This document shows, one piece after another, positions 32,724 to 44,198 of a DNA stretch of 64,000 nucleotides. Position 1 is the first letter of the stretch. Each line of letters opens with the position of its first letter. The notes under the pieces are model-generated. The model searched no databases and had not been told where the DNA came from. It worked only from the letters and a program-made list of their open reading frames with translations. The stretch comes from Candidatus Spongiisociaceae bacterium (GTDB taxonomy: Bacteria > Actinomycetota > Acidimicrobiia > Spongiisociales > Spongiisociaceae): assembly GCA_965219685.1 (NCBI GenBank), contig CBDCOH010000002.1, positions 3,072,001 to 3,136,000 of the forward strand, written 5' to 3'. The translations under genes and the position numbers were made by a program.

Positions 32724-32955
32724 TTTACCTTGTTGAGAGGCCCTGATGTGTGAGTATCGGGGCTGGTTGCTCGCCGCGGCGGGCAGGGCTTTGTCCCCCT
32801 GTCAGAGAGATGGCCTGGGGGGTGTTGCCACCCGCCGTGGTTGGGTACCTGCGACCTCTTACAGGGACATGCACCGACAGGGGGCTGGTTCGTAAAGTGG
32901 TTGAGGCGTTGGTGCCCTTGAGTAGCTGCCGAAGCTATTTGCGACTAGAGAGGAC
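32724..32955 (+). ncRNA. Predicted bridge RNA of IS110-D
   Basis: Target loop TGTCCCC (32792-98) and CTGGGGGG (32815-22); donor loop ACAGGGACA (32861-69) and GTAAAG (32892-97). Confidence 0.7.
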
Positions 32956-32961
32956 CAGTTG

Positions 32962-34163
32962 ATGGGTGAGAGCCCTACGCCCGCTCCCGAGGTGTTCGTC
33001 GGTATGGACATCGCCAAGGGCAAACATTACGCCTGTGCGGTGTCGGCCAGCGGTGAGGCGCTGTTCGCCCGGGCGGTTGCCAACGACGAAGCAGCGATCC
33101 GGCGGATGATCGACAACGCTGGGGACCATGGCCGCCCGGCGTTGGTGGTTGATATGACCTCGTCGGCGGCTGTGCTGACCCTCACCGTTGCCGCGGAGAT
33201 GGCGGTTCCGGTGGCTTATGTGACCGGTTTGGCGATGCGCCGAGCTGCCGACCTCTACGCGGGTGCGGCAAAGACCGACCCCAAGGACGCCCAGGTGTTG
33301 GCCGACTTCGCTTGGCGTAACGCGGATCGGCTGACCTGGACAGCTGTCACCGATGAGTTGTTGGCCCGTCTGCGGATCCTCAACGGTCGGGACACAGATC
33401 TGGCCGCCGACGCGACTCGGGCCGCGAACCGGCGGAGAGACGCCCTATTAGCCGTGGTCGGCGGCTCTGGAGCGTGCCGTGGGAGAAAGGCTGATGTCGG
33501 TGCCCGGTCTCAGAGCCGCGCTGGTGAGATACGCCACCCCGTCGGCGCTGCGAACGGCCGGCAAAGCCCGGGTGCGGACGCTGATCTCCAAGCGCTCCAA
33601 ACGCACCGCCAACACACTCACCGACCAGATCTCGGCTGCGCTCGGCTCCCAGACCGTCACGGTGCCAGCCGAGGAGACCTGGGGCGAGACAATCGGCGAC
33701 TTGGCCGCCGACCTGGACCGGATCATCAACCGCCGCCAGCGGCTCGAAGCTGACATCGAGCAGGCCTTCTTGGAGCATCCGCTCAGAACAAGTCCTCAAC
33801 AGCATGTGCGGGTTCGGGCCCCGCACCGGCGCTCGAACCCTCGCTGAGATCGGCGACCCGCACCGTTTCGCCAACCCAGGCCGGCTAGCCGCCTACGCCG
33901 GGCTAGCCCCCGTGGACCGCCAATCAGGCCGCAGCCACCGAACAGGGCGATCACGAGGCGGTAACCACCGACTCAAGAACGCCATGTTCATCGCCGCGTT
34001 CGTTGCTACCCAACACGACCCCGACGCCCGTGCCTACTACCTACGCAAACGCGCCCAGGGCAAAGAACACAACGCCGCGGTCATCTGCGTCGCCCGCCGA
34101 CGCTGCAACATCATCCTGGCCATGCTCAAAACCCAAACGCCCTACCAACCCCGCCAATCCTAG
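32962..34163 (+). pseudogene. IS110 recombinase with two frameshifts
   Basis: VFVGMDIAKGKH, AKTDPKDA, LAAYAGLAPVDRQSG, GGNHRLK. Confidence 0.9.
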
Positions 34164-34578
34164 AAACTGCCCGAAGCGGCTTGACAACAAGACAGGGACA
34201 CCCCCCCCCCAGAGGTCGCAGGCACCCAACCACGGCGGGTGGCAGCACACCCTAGGCCATCTCGGTGACAGGGGAATTGAGCCGTGCCCACCGTGGTGAG
34301 CACGGTGGTGATGGAGTTGCTGCTCGTCTCCACGGACGAAGTGATACGGCCCCGTGTAGACAAGCGAAGGGACGGGTCTTTGTCGGGGTGCTGGTGTTGC
34401 TGGGCGGGGATGGTGCTGCTGGTGGCTCGGTGTGTGGTCGGACGGCGGTTGTGCCTGTGGTCATACGATTTCGGAGTGGGTCCGGGGGCGGATGAGGTCA
34501 CGATTGTGTGGTGGTTCGCTTATCGCGGCGGGCGATGACGTTGTTGCCGGTGGTCTGCTGTGTACGAAGTCGGGCGTG

Positions 34579-37500
34579 TCAGTTGGTGTTGAGGGCTCTG
34601 CTGAGGAAGGTGGCCATCTCCGCTCGGGTGACGGGTTGGTCGGGGCAATAGCGGAGGGGGTCGGTGGCGCAGCCGACGGTGATTCCAGCAGCGGCGAGAG
34701 CGTCGATGTCGGCAGCGTGTGTGTTGTTCTCGGTGTCGGTGAAACCTGCGGCTGTTTCGGCGGGAGGTAGGTTGAACGCTCGGACCAGGAAGCTGGCCAT
34801 CTGAGCTCGGGTGACGGGTTGGTCGGGGCAGTAGCGGAGGGGGTCGGTGGCGCAGCCGATGGTGATGGCTAGGTCGGCGAGTTTTTCGGTGTAGCGGATC
34901 CACCACTGTTGTTGGTTTATGTCGTGGAAGCGGGAGGTGCCTGTTGTTGGGGGGTCGTGATCTAGGGCGCGGATGAGCCATATGGCCATGACCCAGCGTT
35001 TTAGCGGCTGGTGGGGGCAGAACCGGTCTTGGTCGCATTCGGTGTCGATGAAGATGCCGTCTTTGGCTAGGGTCGCGATGGCTGGAGTGTGTGTTCCTTC
35101 GGGGGTGACATCGGCGAAGCTGGTTGTGTGCCCGACGGTGACTACAGTTTCTGCTGCGATCGTGGCTGTTTTGGCTGGTCCGTGTCCGTCGGTGTAGGCA
35201 GCGGCTACGCGTAGGTAGTGGGTTTCGTCGCCGTCGGCGGGGGTGTAGGCGTTTGCCGCGGCGTTTCGGATGGGTGCCCATGTGGTCTGGTCGGACGATT
35301 TCTCCCAGGTCCAGGTGAGGTTGCTTATCCCACCATCGGGATCGGAGAGGGCAGCATCGAGCGGGGTGCCTGTGCGGGGTGTGGGAGCGGAGAGGGTGAT
35401 GTGGCCGCGTTCGTCGGTGTTCGTGACGATGATTGTTACCAGGATGTAGTCGTCTTGTCGGGTGTCGGGTTCACCGTCGGGGTCTTTGCTGTCGTGCACG
35501 CCCACGCCGACGGTGTGCCTGGTCCTGGTTTCGTAGTCCAGAGGCGCTCTGGTTCGGATCTGGCCGGTTGACGAGTCGATTTCGAACATGTCCCGGTCGT
35601 GTCTGACGAGCGTGTAGGTGAGGGGATCGTCGTCGGGATCCGATGCTGTTACCGGCCCGCCGATGTTCACACCGGGCGCAGTGTTCTCGGCTACCGAGCG
35701 GAGGGTTCGGGAGCCTTCATCGAACGCGGGCGAGCCGGCGTCCTCTACGGGACCTCCCCCGCCTCCGCCTCCGCCGCCTCCTCCGTCGTTGCCGGTGGTG
35801 GTGGTGGTAGTAGTAGTAGTAGTGCGTGTCGTGGTGACGGTTATGGTGACATCGGTGCTTACTCTGGCGCCGTGGGGGTCGGTTGCTTCGACCCTAAGCG
35901 TGTAGCGGGGTTGAGTTAGGCGGTCTATGACGGTGTCAGGACCGACACGGATCTGGCCGGTGTGGACATCGATCGTGAACGCCGGGGCGCCTTCTTCGAA
36001 GAGTCGGTAGGTAAGCGCGTCGCCGTCGATGTCGGTGGCCTCCACCGGAGACCCGACTGGTGTGCCCGGGGGCGACCCTTGGGTGATAGAGCGGGTTGTG
36101 AAGGTTCCCGGGAACTTGGGTTGGTCGTTGACCGGGGCGACCGTCACGATCACGTCGGCTTCGTGAGTTAAGCGACCGTCGGAGGCTGCGTAGGTGAAGA
36201 TGTCTCGGCCGTTGAAGTCGTTCCTAGGCGTGTAGGTGACCGTGTTGTCGGGCTGCACGCTGATGCGGCCGTTGATGGGGCCGTCGCGCAGCGAAACGGT
36301 GAGGGGGTCGCCTTCGGGGTCGCTGTCGTTAGCCAGCACCGAGACCGTCACGGGGGTGTCCTCAGCGGTCGTGGCCGTGTCGGGTCGGGGGGCGGGCGCT
36401 TCGTTCACGTTGGTGACCTCGATCGTCACCGAGACAGCGCCGCTGCCGCCTGAGGGGTCGGTTGCGGTAACCGTTGCAGAGTACGACCGTGGCGGGGTCT
36501 CGTAGTCGAACACCGCGTGGGCTGCGACCCGGATCTGGCCTGTGGAGGCGTCGACGTCGAAGAGGTCGTCTACCGTTGCCAGCTCGTAGGTCAATCTGGA
36601 GGAGTCACCGGGGTCGGGGTCGGTGGCCCTGACCACTGCACCGACCGCGGAGGCAGGGGTTGAGTTCTCCGGAACCGAACGCACGACATTGACCGCCCCG
36701 AAGTCCGGGACGCGGTTCGTGCCGCTGGGCGCGGCCCGCGTCGGGTACCGAGCGCGGACGGTGGCGGTGTCGTCGTTCGAACCGGCGCCGTCGCGGTAGG
36801 TGGCTGTGACTCGAAGGTCATGGCCGACATCGGCGGACACCGGTGTGTAGCTGGCGGCTGAGCCGATGTCGGTCCAGGTACCGCTCTGCAGACGCTGCCA
36901 GGACCATGACAACACCACGACCGAACCATCGTCATCAGACACCGAAGCATCCAGGGCGGCACCGACCTGGGGCTGAGACGACGAGAGGATCACTGTCCCA
37001 GGCTCGTCGACGTTGACGACGTTGACGACCAGGTCAGCACCGACCGGTTCGCTGGCACCCGCACGGGCTTCCACTGTGACGTCGTAGACACTGTCACGGT
37101 TGCCGTCGGTGGGACTCTCGAAGTCGGGGGGCCGTAGAAAGGTGAGCACACCGCGGTCGCTGATCTCGAACACGGCACTGTCGGCACCGCTCAGCGACCA
37201 CCTGATCGGGGCTTGCTCGGGATCGGTCGCGGTGAACGCCGCCGCCGCGGTGGTGTCGTTCTCGTTATAGCTCACCACAAACGACCCAGAGCGACTCTCG
37301 ATGGTCGCGTCCTCGTCCATGTCGGTCACCGTAACGGACACCTCATGGCTGGCGGTGGCACCGTCGCGGTCGGAAGCCTCCACCGTGATGACATGAACAT
37401 TGTCCCTGCCAGCATCGGCAGGTCTCTCGAAGTCCGGCGGTGTCCGGAACCGCAACACGCCACCATTGATGCTGAACAGGTCAGCGTCAGCGCCGGAGAG

Positions 37501-40500
37501 CGACCAGATGATCGTGCCGCCTTCGGGGTCGACGGCTGTAAACGTGAAAATCACATCTGTGCCGTTCTCAGCAAATCTGAAATCGGCGGCTGCGGTAATC
37601 ACCGGCGGCGCGTTCACGTCGACCAACCTGAGGGTCACCACGCCGACACTGTCCCCGCCGTGCCACAGAGTCACATCGACGGTCTCGCCGTCGTCGTCGA
37701 CAGCGTCCTCGACTGCGGCGACCCGCAAACCCGTCGAGCGGTCCCCGGCGGGCAGTGTCAACGTGTATGGCGCCGCGATGTCCCGGCCGTTGAGGTCGGT
37801 GACAGCGAAGTCTTCGGCGATAACAGCGCTGCCGGCAAAGCTCGCTGCGAACCTCTGATCGTTGGTGAAGGTGACCCCACCGGTGTCCACCGTGACCACC
37901 GCCGTCTCGCCCTCGACAACCTGGGCGACGTCTGCGGACAGCCTGAAGGCCGCCGTGTCGTCGCTGGATACGTCCACCGTCGCGAAATTGGGTGAGCCGG
38001 TCAAATAGGTTGGAGGGTCTGCGGTGTCGGCTACGACCAGTGCCGTCACCCGACCCGGGTCCTCCACCACCCGGTCGTCGACGGTCGCCACTCGTAACTC
38101 CACGGTGTCATCACCCGACAAAAACGTCAACATCGACGGTCGAGCCGTGCCGAGGACCGTGCCGACTTCGGTGACCTGGACTCGCACGGTGAGCGGCTCG
38201 GTCAGCGGGCTCCCCAGCGGGGCGGTGCGTACCAGTGTGAACACCGCGTCGTTGCCTTCCGACACGCCGATGCTCGCAGGGGTGATCGTGACCTCGGGCC
38301 CCTCCAAGTCACTGGCAGGAATCGTCACCGTCCGCGAACCCAGCGACGCACCAGATTGGGCAAGCCGGGCGCTCAACAAGACGGTCTCGGCGAGTTCTCC
38401 CTCGTCGTCGTCCACCGCCTCCAACCTCAGCTGAACCGAGATGTCTCCCGCGGCCAGAGTGACCGTGTACGGCTGCGACAGCGTCCGACCCTGGGAGTCT
38501 TTCAACACGAAATCGACAGCATCGGCCGACCCGGCCACGTCGATGGTGATAGCCTGGTCCACAGCGAACTTCACGCCGTTGTTGATGATGAGCGTCAACA
38601 CGGTTTCGCTTCCCTCGGAGACCTCCCCGCTTGAGGCTGTGAAGTCGAACAGGGCACTGTCAGTGTTGGTGATCGTGACCGTGGTTGTGGCCCTCGATCC
38701 CACCGCGAATCCCGGAGGCAGTTGACCGATACTCAACTGGACCGTTTCAGGACCCTCCACCCAATCGTCGTCGACGGCTTCGAAAGACGCCGACTTGAAG
38801 TGCTCACCCGCCTTGATACTGACCCCAGAATCCATCGAGAAGTCATCGTCCGAGGCGGTGTCAGATGACGAAACGACCGGGAGGAACACCTTCTGGAGGC
38901 TGCGGTGGGTAGGGTCAACCACCACCGGCACGCCAATCGTCTCCCCCTCGCGCACGGTGTAACGGGGCGACGCGAACCTCACCCTGATCGGTGGGCCTAT
39001 CTCCCGCGTCGCGGGCACGTCGGACAGGACAGTCCCGTCAGCCGCGCAGATCCCACCCGCGTCGCACGCCCTGCCCGCAACCACCGCGACGGTGACATTG
39101 CCAACACCGGTCGGAGACAACGACAACAGGTAGGCGTTCGCACGCTCACCCCCTACCAGATGAGGAGCCACAGCCGTCACTGTCGCACCCCCCACACTCA
39201 ACGACGGACTCGACACCGAAAAATCCACAACTGGCCGACTGAACGCCACCACCACCTGCACCACATCACCCGGACCGGTATGCGACACAGATGTGTGACT
39301 GCTCGACGGGAACCGGGCCGACAGCGGCTCGGGACTCCTAGCCAGATACTCCGGCCGCATGACAGTGCCGCGAGTCCTGTCGCTGGGCCCGTCGATGTGC
39401 AGCCACTCCTGGCCGGTGTCCGGATCGGCCTGGGTGAAGACCTTCGCAGGCGAAGGTTTGATCGGGTTCCGTGGGCTCGCTCCTCCCCAGCTGATCAGCC
39501 AATGACCGTTGCTCAACGCCGCTACATGCCCGGACCGGTAACCCAGCTCACCCTCATCGTTATCTCGTTTTCCGAACAGCGCATGGTCCCGCACGAACAC
39601 TGCGTCGCCGTTGTCTAGGTCCAGCGCGTACTCCAGGGCGCGGCTGTAGATGTCGGGGGTGCGCAACAGAGTCTCACGGGTCCAGGGATTGATAGTGCAC
39701 TGCACACCGTTGTCGTAGAGGATCAGGTTCCCGCCGGGTAGCAGCGACGAGCCGTGCTGGCCGCAGAACTGTCCCTCGGGATCGCCCACGATGTCCAACG
39801 GCGGCGGTCCGAGATCGCGCTCAGCCCACTCGGCGTCGGTCAGATTCGTGGGTCCCACCCTCCATACCACATCACCGGTCACGGCGTCGATGGCCAGCAC
39901 TCTCGAGCATCCCCGCATCGACGCGATGATGAGCCCGTCGATCATCTGGAGCCCGTTCAGATGGGCATAGTCGCCGTCGCTGGGCGGGAAGAAGTGCTGT
40001 GTGCAGTCCTCCAGCGGCATGTGGTCCCACGAGTTCCAGTTGAACGTCGCCCGCCCGCCCGGGGCGACGATCTGGAACGCCGAGTCCTCCACATACACCT
40101 CAGACCCATACGGCTGCCCGTTCTCGTCATTGAACGACAGATGGGAAAGGTCACGCTGGGTGGGCTCGTAGGCCATCATCATGTGGTGACCGTTGTCGAG
40201 CAACCGGAACTCGTGGGCGTCCTGGCGTGTCAGAGGCGACACCGTTCTCGCCACCCTGATCAAGTCCAGGTTCTCGTTCAGAACGTAAGCGAATCGATGG
40301 ATATAGACATAGCGGGGCTGTCCATTGACGTCGGGATAGAACCGAAAGTACGACAAAGCCCCCGTGTCCATCTTGCGAACGAAACGAGGAACCCCGTTGC
40401 CGTCCACCGCGAACAGGATCCCGCTCAGCGAAGAGAAGAGGATCAGATCGTCGAGCACCTCCGACTCGCCCAGAGGCTTCTCAACCCTGATCGGCACGAC

Positions 40501-41940
40501 GTCATCGCCAAGGCAGTGCAGGATGTATTGGGTTTGGGCGCCGAGGCCGTCGGCGAGGGAGATGCGTACCACGCTGTAGGCCGTGACCGGCACTGTTGCG
40601 GTCACCGGGGTGTTCGCGCCCGGGTTTGTGTACTGGACGCCGTCCACCGAGATGCGGCTCGACCCGGAAGCGGGACGCATCGTCAGCGTCATCGTGTCGC
40701 TGTTGTTGCAGCCCACCGAGTAGTGCAGGATCTGCGGGTCGAACACGGGGCGCATCCGCCGCCACGCGTCTTCGCTGCTGGTAGCCGCGTCCGAGTCGTC
40801 GGTACTGATCGACAGGCCATTCAACTGGTCCGCAGCGACCACCTCCGGAGCGACTGTCTGGGCTTGCGCTCCGCTGCCGTGGCGGTCGCTGTAGGACACA
40901 CCGACCCGCAAGAAGCTGCCTGCGTCGGCCGCGGTGGGTGTGTAGCTCGACGAGTCCGCACCCGAGATCGTGGCCCACTGCTGATATCCGGTGCTGCGTT
41001 CCCACACCCAGGTCCCCGAGTCGGCCACCACCCCGTCGGGATCGCTCAACGTGGCGGTGACCGGCACACCAACACGAGGCCTCTTCGTCGAAAGCGACAC
41101 CGTACCGGGCTCGTCCACGTCTGTCACCGTCACCGTCACCGTCACCGCGGAAGCAGCCGTCTCCGACGGTGACGACGGCAACAGCGTCACCACATAAACG
41201 TTGTCGCCGTCGCCGTCGACCGGCGCCTCGAAATCCGGCGGTTTCGAAACGATCACCGGCGACACCGCACCAAGGGCAAACCGCAGAGCGCCCAACGGTT
41301 CATCAAGGCTGAAAAGGGCAGCGTCGGCGCCGCCCAGAGACCACACGATGCCGTCACGGTCCTGATCCGACGACGCCGCGAACGTCGCCACCCGCCCCCA
41401 GCCGTTCTCCTCAAAACCTACCGTGACAGGTCCCTCGACAGCCTCAAGCTCGATGACGTTGCTCACAGTCACCAACACATCCGCGGTGGCATCGTTGACT
41501 CCGTCGCTGACCTGCACCGTCAACTCATACACACCATCGGTGTCAGCGTCGCCAGGTAACTCAAAATCAGGAGCCGCCACGAACTCCAACACCCCCACCA
41601 TGCTCAAAGAGAACAACGCCGAGTCCGCACCGCCCGCCACCGACCAAACCAAATCACCCGAGGCCGTGTCAGCATCGGACGCAGTCAGAGTCGCCACCGA
41701 CGTAACCCCCTCATCCACCACGAACGGACCCGGGCTCGTGACCACCGGAACAGCCGCGCTCTGCCCCAACACCGGCGAAACCGACAACCCACCAACACCC
41801 AGCAACGCCAACCCAGCGGCGCCCAAAACCGACCGCAGCCACCCCAGGCTCCGACCCCCGCCACCGAACCGGTTCCCCAACCAGCCGATAAGGCTCCCGG
41901 ACCGGCTTCCACAGCCGAGACTTGAGAAATCGTGGATCAC
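34579..41940 (-). CDS. Giant surface protein: cadherin repeats, arylsulfotransferase-like propeller, Calx-beta, Ig-like domain, C-terminal SLH
   Basis: PDFE/DYE cadherin motifs; DAHEF, DYAHLNGL, FCGQH, LILYDNG ASST motifs; VTRAQMASFLVRA; start uncertain (ORF extends to 42015). Confidence 0.9.
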   Translation of the reverse strand: MIHDFSSLGCGSRSGSLIGWLGNRFGGGGRSLGWLRSVLGAAGLALLGVGGLSVSPVLGQSAAVPVVTSPGPFVVDEGVTSVATLTASDADTASGDLVWSVAGGADSALFSLSMVGVLEFVAAPDFELPGDADTDGVYELTVQVSDGVNDATADVLVTVSNVIELEAVEGPVTVGFEENGWGRVATFAASSDQDRDGIVWSLGGADAALFSLDEPLGALRFALGAVSPVIVSKPPDFEAPVDGDGDNVYVVTLLPSSPSETAASAVTVTVTVTDVDEPGTVSLSTKRPRVGVPVTATLSDPDGVVADSGTWVWERSTGYQQWATISGADSSSYTPTAADAGSFLRVGVSYSDRHGSGAQAQTVAPEVVAADQLNGLSISTDDSDAATSSEDAWRRMRPVFDPQILHYSVGCNNSDTMTLTMRPASGSSRISVDGVQYTNPGANTPVTATVPVTAYSVVRISLADGLGAQTQYILHCLGDDVVPIRVEKPLGESEVLDDLILFSSLSGILFAVDGNGVPRFVRKMDTGALSYFRFYPDVNGQPRYVYIHRFAYVLNENLDLIRVARTVSPLTRQDAHEFRLLDNGHHMMMAYEPTQRDLSHLSFNDENGQPYGSEVYVEDSAFQIVAPGGRATFNWNSWDHMPLEDCTQHFFPPSDGDYAHLNGLQMIDGLIIASMRGCSRVLAIDAVTGDVVWRVGPTNLTDAEWAERDLGPPPLDIVGDPEGQFCGQHGSSLLPGGNLILYDNGVQCTINPWTRETLLRTPDIYSRALEYALDLDNGDAVFVRDHALFGKRDNDEGELGYRSGHVAALSNGHWLISWGGASPRNPIKPSPAKVFTQADPDTGQEWLHIDGPSDRTRGTVMRPEYLARSPEPLSARFPSSSHTSVSHTGPGDVVQVVVAFSRPVVDFSVSSPSLSVGGATVTAVAPHLVGGERANAYLLSLSPTGVGNVTVAVVAGRACDAGGICAADGTVLSDVPATREIGPPIRVRFASPRYTVREGETIGVPVVVDPTHRSLQKVFLPVVSSSDTASDDDFSMDSGVSIKAGEHFKSASFEAVDDDWVEGPETVQLSIGQLPPGFAVGSRATTTVTITNTDSALFDFTASSGEVSEGSETVLTLIINNGVKFAVDQAITIDVAGSADAVDFVLKDSQGRTLSQPYTVTLAAGDISVQLRLEAVDDDEGELAETVLLSARLAQSGASLGSRTVTIPASDLEGPEVTITPASIGVSEGNDAVFTLVRTAPLGSPLTEPLTVRVQVTEVGTVLGTARPSMLTFLSGDDTVELRVATVDDRVVEDPGRVTALVVADTADPPTYLTGSPNFATVDVSSDDTAAFRLSADVAQVVEGETAVVTVDTGGVTFTNDQRFAASFAGSAVIAEDFAVTDLNGRDIAAPYTLTLPAGDRSTGLRVAAVEDAVDDDGETVDVTLWHGGDSVGVVTLRLVDVNAPPVITAAADFRFAENGTDVIFTFTAVDPEGGTIIWSLSGADADLFSINGGVLRFRTPPDFERPADAGRDNVHVITVEASDRDGATASHEVSVTVTDMDEDATIESRSGSFVVSYNENDTTAAAAFTATDPEQAPIRWSLSGADSAVFEISDRGVLTFLRPPDFESPTDGNRDSVYDVTVEARAGASEPVGADLVVNVVNVDEPGTVILSSSQPQVGAALDASVSDDDGSVVVLSWSWQRLQSGTWTDIGSAASYTPVSADVGHDLRVTATYRDGAGSNDDTATVRARYPTRAAPSGTNRVPDFGAVNVVRSVPENSTPASAVGAVVRATDPDPGDSSRLTYELATVDDLFDVDASTGQIRVAAHAVFDYETPPRSYSATVTATDPSGGSGAVSVTIEVTNVNEAPAPRPDTATTAEDTPVTVSVLANDSDPEGDPLTVSLRDGPINGRISVQPDNTVTYTPRNDFNGRDIFTYAASDGRLTHEADVIVTVAPVNDQPKFPGTFTTRSITQGSPPGTPVGSPVEATDIDGDALTYRLFEEGAPAFTIDVHTGQIRVGPDTVIDRLTQPRYTLRVEATDPHGARVSTDVTITVTTTRTTTTTTTTTTGNDGGGGGGGGGGGPVEDAGSPAFDEGSRTLRSVAENTAPGVNIGGPVTASDPDDDPLTYTLVRHDRDMFEIDSSTGQIRTRAPLDYETRTRHTVGVGVHDSKDPDGEPDTRQDDYILVTIIVTNTDERGHITLSAPTPRTGTPLDAALSDPDGGISNLTWTWEKSSDQTTWAPIRNAAANAYTPADGDETHYLRVAAAYTDGHGPAKTATIAAETVVTVGHTTSFADVTPEGTHTPAIATLAKDGIFIDTECDQDRFCPHQPLKRWVMAIWLIRALDHDPPTTGTSRFHDINQQQWWIRYTEKLADLAITIGCATDPLRYCPDQPVTRAQMASFLVRAFNLPPAETAAGFTDTENNTHAADIDALAAAGITVGCATDPLRYCPDQPVTRAEMATFLSRALNTN

Positions 41941-41987
41941 GCTACCGGACTGTACCGCCGTCCGACACCACCACCAAGGACTATAGC

Positions 41988-42005
41988 GTGTGTAACAGTG
42001 ACGGA
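41988..42005 (-). promoter_or_regulatory. Conserved upstream box TCCGTCACTGTTACACAC followed by a TATAGT -10-like element
   Basis: 17/18 identical to 52387-52404, at a similar distance from the start codon. Confidence 0.55.
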
Positions 42006-42139
42006 ATGACCCCACAGCCGTGTAGACTATGTGGGTTTATGAGCGACAGTGTCGAGAAGGGTCAGAACAGCGGCTACCAGCCACAAAAGAACAGAGCCGA
42101 CCCCTGTGGCGTACCTGGGGGTGAGGACTCCTCTTGGCG

Positions 42140-42720
42140 ACCCACGGGTGGCCTTCACGAGCAAGGATCAGATTCTGAACAAGGCACATGTCCAGTACCT
42201 CGAAACCCGGCTGATAGCAATCGCGAACGACGCGAAGCGCTGCGAACTGGACAACGCCAACACCGTCCGCCTTTGCCATCCCTAGCAGAGGCGGATGAAG
42301 CGGACGCCGGGTTGTACCTGGACGACATGCTTCTCTGCCTGCCGGTGATCGGGGTGGGGCTTCTTTGAGAAGCCCGGTGACCAAGCGGCAACAGCTGTCT
42401 CGCTGTCCCTGAGCGGCAAAGGGAATAGAAGCACGCGGGTACGAAGAAGCGGGAGGCTTCGTCGCCCGTTTCCGAGCAGATTCGCGGGCTGTCAAGGACG
42501 AAGCTCCCGCGATCCCCGCGCGATCGCCTAACTACGCAATGTGTTGATGACCAACGGCATCCTTGCCGAGGAGGAAGACGCGTACCGTCTCATGCAGGAC
42601 AATCTGGTCAGCTCGCCCTCCCAAGCAGCCAGCGTCATGCTCGCTCACGGAGCCAACGGGCGCCTCAGGTGGAGAGACAACCAAGGGCGTTCCCTCAGAC
42701 AGATCCGGGAGTCAACATGA
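42140..42720 (+). pseudogene. GIY-YIG / DUF4357 nuclease-family pseudogene
   Basis: FTSKDQILNKAHVQYLETRLI, PSLAEADEAD and SSPSQAASV..ANG..WRD across frameshifts; 5' part missing. Confidence 0.8.
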
Positions 42721-42941
42721 GCGACCCCGAACCACCACGCGCGGCCCCGGGTTGAGGTAGGGGGCTCAGAGTCGATCATCTACTTATCCTGGACCCCTGC
42801 GGGACTGTTGAGTCCGATTGGTGGTCTCCTATCGGTCGCTGGTTGGTAGCCCCGGAAGGAGATGTCAGCGGCGGGGAGAACATGCTCGACGGTCGGAGCC
42901 AGCCACGCGACGTGACTCCGCCGCTGCGGTCCTTCTGCCGC

Positions 42942-44198
42942 TCAGGTGTCGAGGTGACCGTAGGGCGGTTTCGCGGCACACAGGGCTGCGACCTCGGCTC
43001 GGATGGTGGCTGCTGTGGCTTTGTCTCCGCGGTTGCGTAGTGCTCGGGTGATAAGGTCGGCGACGACAGCCATGTCGTCGGTGTCCATGCCCTGGGTGGT
43101 CACCGCTGGTGTGCCGATGCGGACTCCTGATGTAACGAACGGCGACCGTGGATCGTCGGGCACTACGTTCTTGTTGAGGCTGATCCCCGCGGCGTCCAAG
43201 ACCCTTTGGGCTTCGTCACCCGTCAAGTCCGGATCGAAGGTGCGGAGATCCACCAGCAGCAGATGATTGTCGGTACCTCCCGAAACGAGACGGAATCCTT
43301 GTTCGGCCAGATCGGCGGCCAAGGCCTGGGCGTTGCCGACGACGCGAGCGGCGTAGTCCGAGAACTCGGAGGTCGAGGCCTCTGCTAGCCCGACAGCCTT
43401 CCCAGCGATCAAATGGTCAAGCGGGGCGCCCTGAATACCCGGAAACATGGCCTTGTCGACTGCCTTAGCGTACTCGGAGCGGCACAGAACGGCACCACCT
43501 CGGCCACCGCGCAAAGTCTTGTGGGTCGTCAACGTCACCACGTCAGCGAACGGTGTCGGGTTGGGGTGCACGCCACCGGCGACCAACCCAGCAATGTGAG
43601 CAGCGTCGAACATCAACAGAGCGTCGGCTTCGTCCGCGATCTCGCGCAGCGGTTCGGGCGGGATCTCGCGAGGGTAGGCAGTCGCACCAGCCACGATCAG
43701 TCTGGGCCGCTCGGTGAGGGCCAAACGGCGCAACTGGTCAAAGTCGATACGTTCGTCACTCGCGGCGACGCCGTAAGAGACGAACCGATACCACAAACCA
43801 GAGAAGTTGACCGGTGAACCGTGCGTCAGATGACCGCCATGGTCCAAGCTCATACCCAACACAGTGTCGCCGGGTTCCAGCAGAGCCTGGTAGGCGCACA
43901 TGTTGGCGATAGCACCAGAATGGGGCTGAACGTTGGCGTGATCGGAACCGAACAAAGCGCAGGCCCGCTGTCGGGCAAGCTCCTCGACCTCGTCGACGAT
44001 CGCGTTACCGGCGTAGTAGCGGCGACCCGGGTAGCCCTCGCTCATCTTGTTCGCCAGCACCGAACCCCCAGCCGCCAACACCGCAGGACTCGCGAAGTTC
44101 TCCGACGCGATCAACTGCACCGTCGTATTCTGACGGTCGACCTCGCGGCGGATCAGATCTGAGATAGCATCTCCAGCGGCAGGCCAAGGCATAGACAA
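42942..44198 (-). CDS. glyA: Serine hydroxymethyltransferase
   Basis: [55 protein letters not shown]. Confidence 0.98.
   Translation of the reverse strand: MSMPWPAAGDAISDLIRREVDRQNTTVQLIASENFASPAVLAAGGSVLANKMSEGYPGRRYYAGNAIVDEVEELARQRACALFGSDHANVQPHSGAIANMCAYQALLEPGDTVLGMSLDHGGHLTHGSPVNFSGLWYRFVSYGVAASDERIDFDQLRRLALTERPRLIVAGATAYPREIPPEPLREIADEADALLMFDAAHIAGLVAGGVHPNPTPFADVVTLTTHKTLRGGRGGAVLCRSEYAKAVDKAMFPGIQGAPLDHLIAGKAVGLAEASTSEFSDYAARVVGNAQALAADLAEQGFRLVSGGTDNHLLLVDLRTFDPDLTGDEAQRVLDAAGISLNKNVVPDDPRSPFVTSGVRIGTPAVTTQGMDTDDMAVVADLITRALRNRGDKATAATIRAEVAALCAAKPPYGHLDT

Larger units (their letters stand above)
32722..34204 (+). mobile_element. IS110 lineage D element (frameshifted)
   Basis: Ends CCTTTACC and CTTGACAACAAGACAGGGACACC; both echoed in the upstream non-coding region. 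Confidence 0.85.
32362..34371 (-). mobile_element. Degenerate IS110 lineage D' element interrupted by IS110-D
   Basis: Coding remnant AVPNDKEAIRRMI at 32362-32620; non-coding region split into 32650-32721 and 34205-34310, homologous to 32770-32920 in reverse; outer boundary approximate. Confidence 0.7.

Noticed and set aside
35755-35823. Trinucleotide runs as a phase-variation switch
   Set aside because: They encode an in-frame poly-Thr/poly-Gly linker; length changes keep the frame
27411-41986. Long plus-strand ORFs opposite the adhesin genes
   Set aside because: Antisense shadow ORFs typical of high-GC coding DNA
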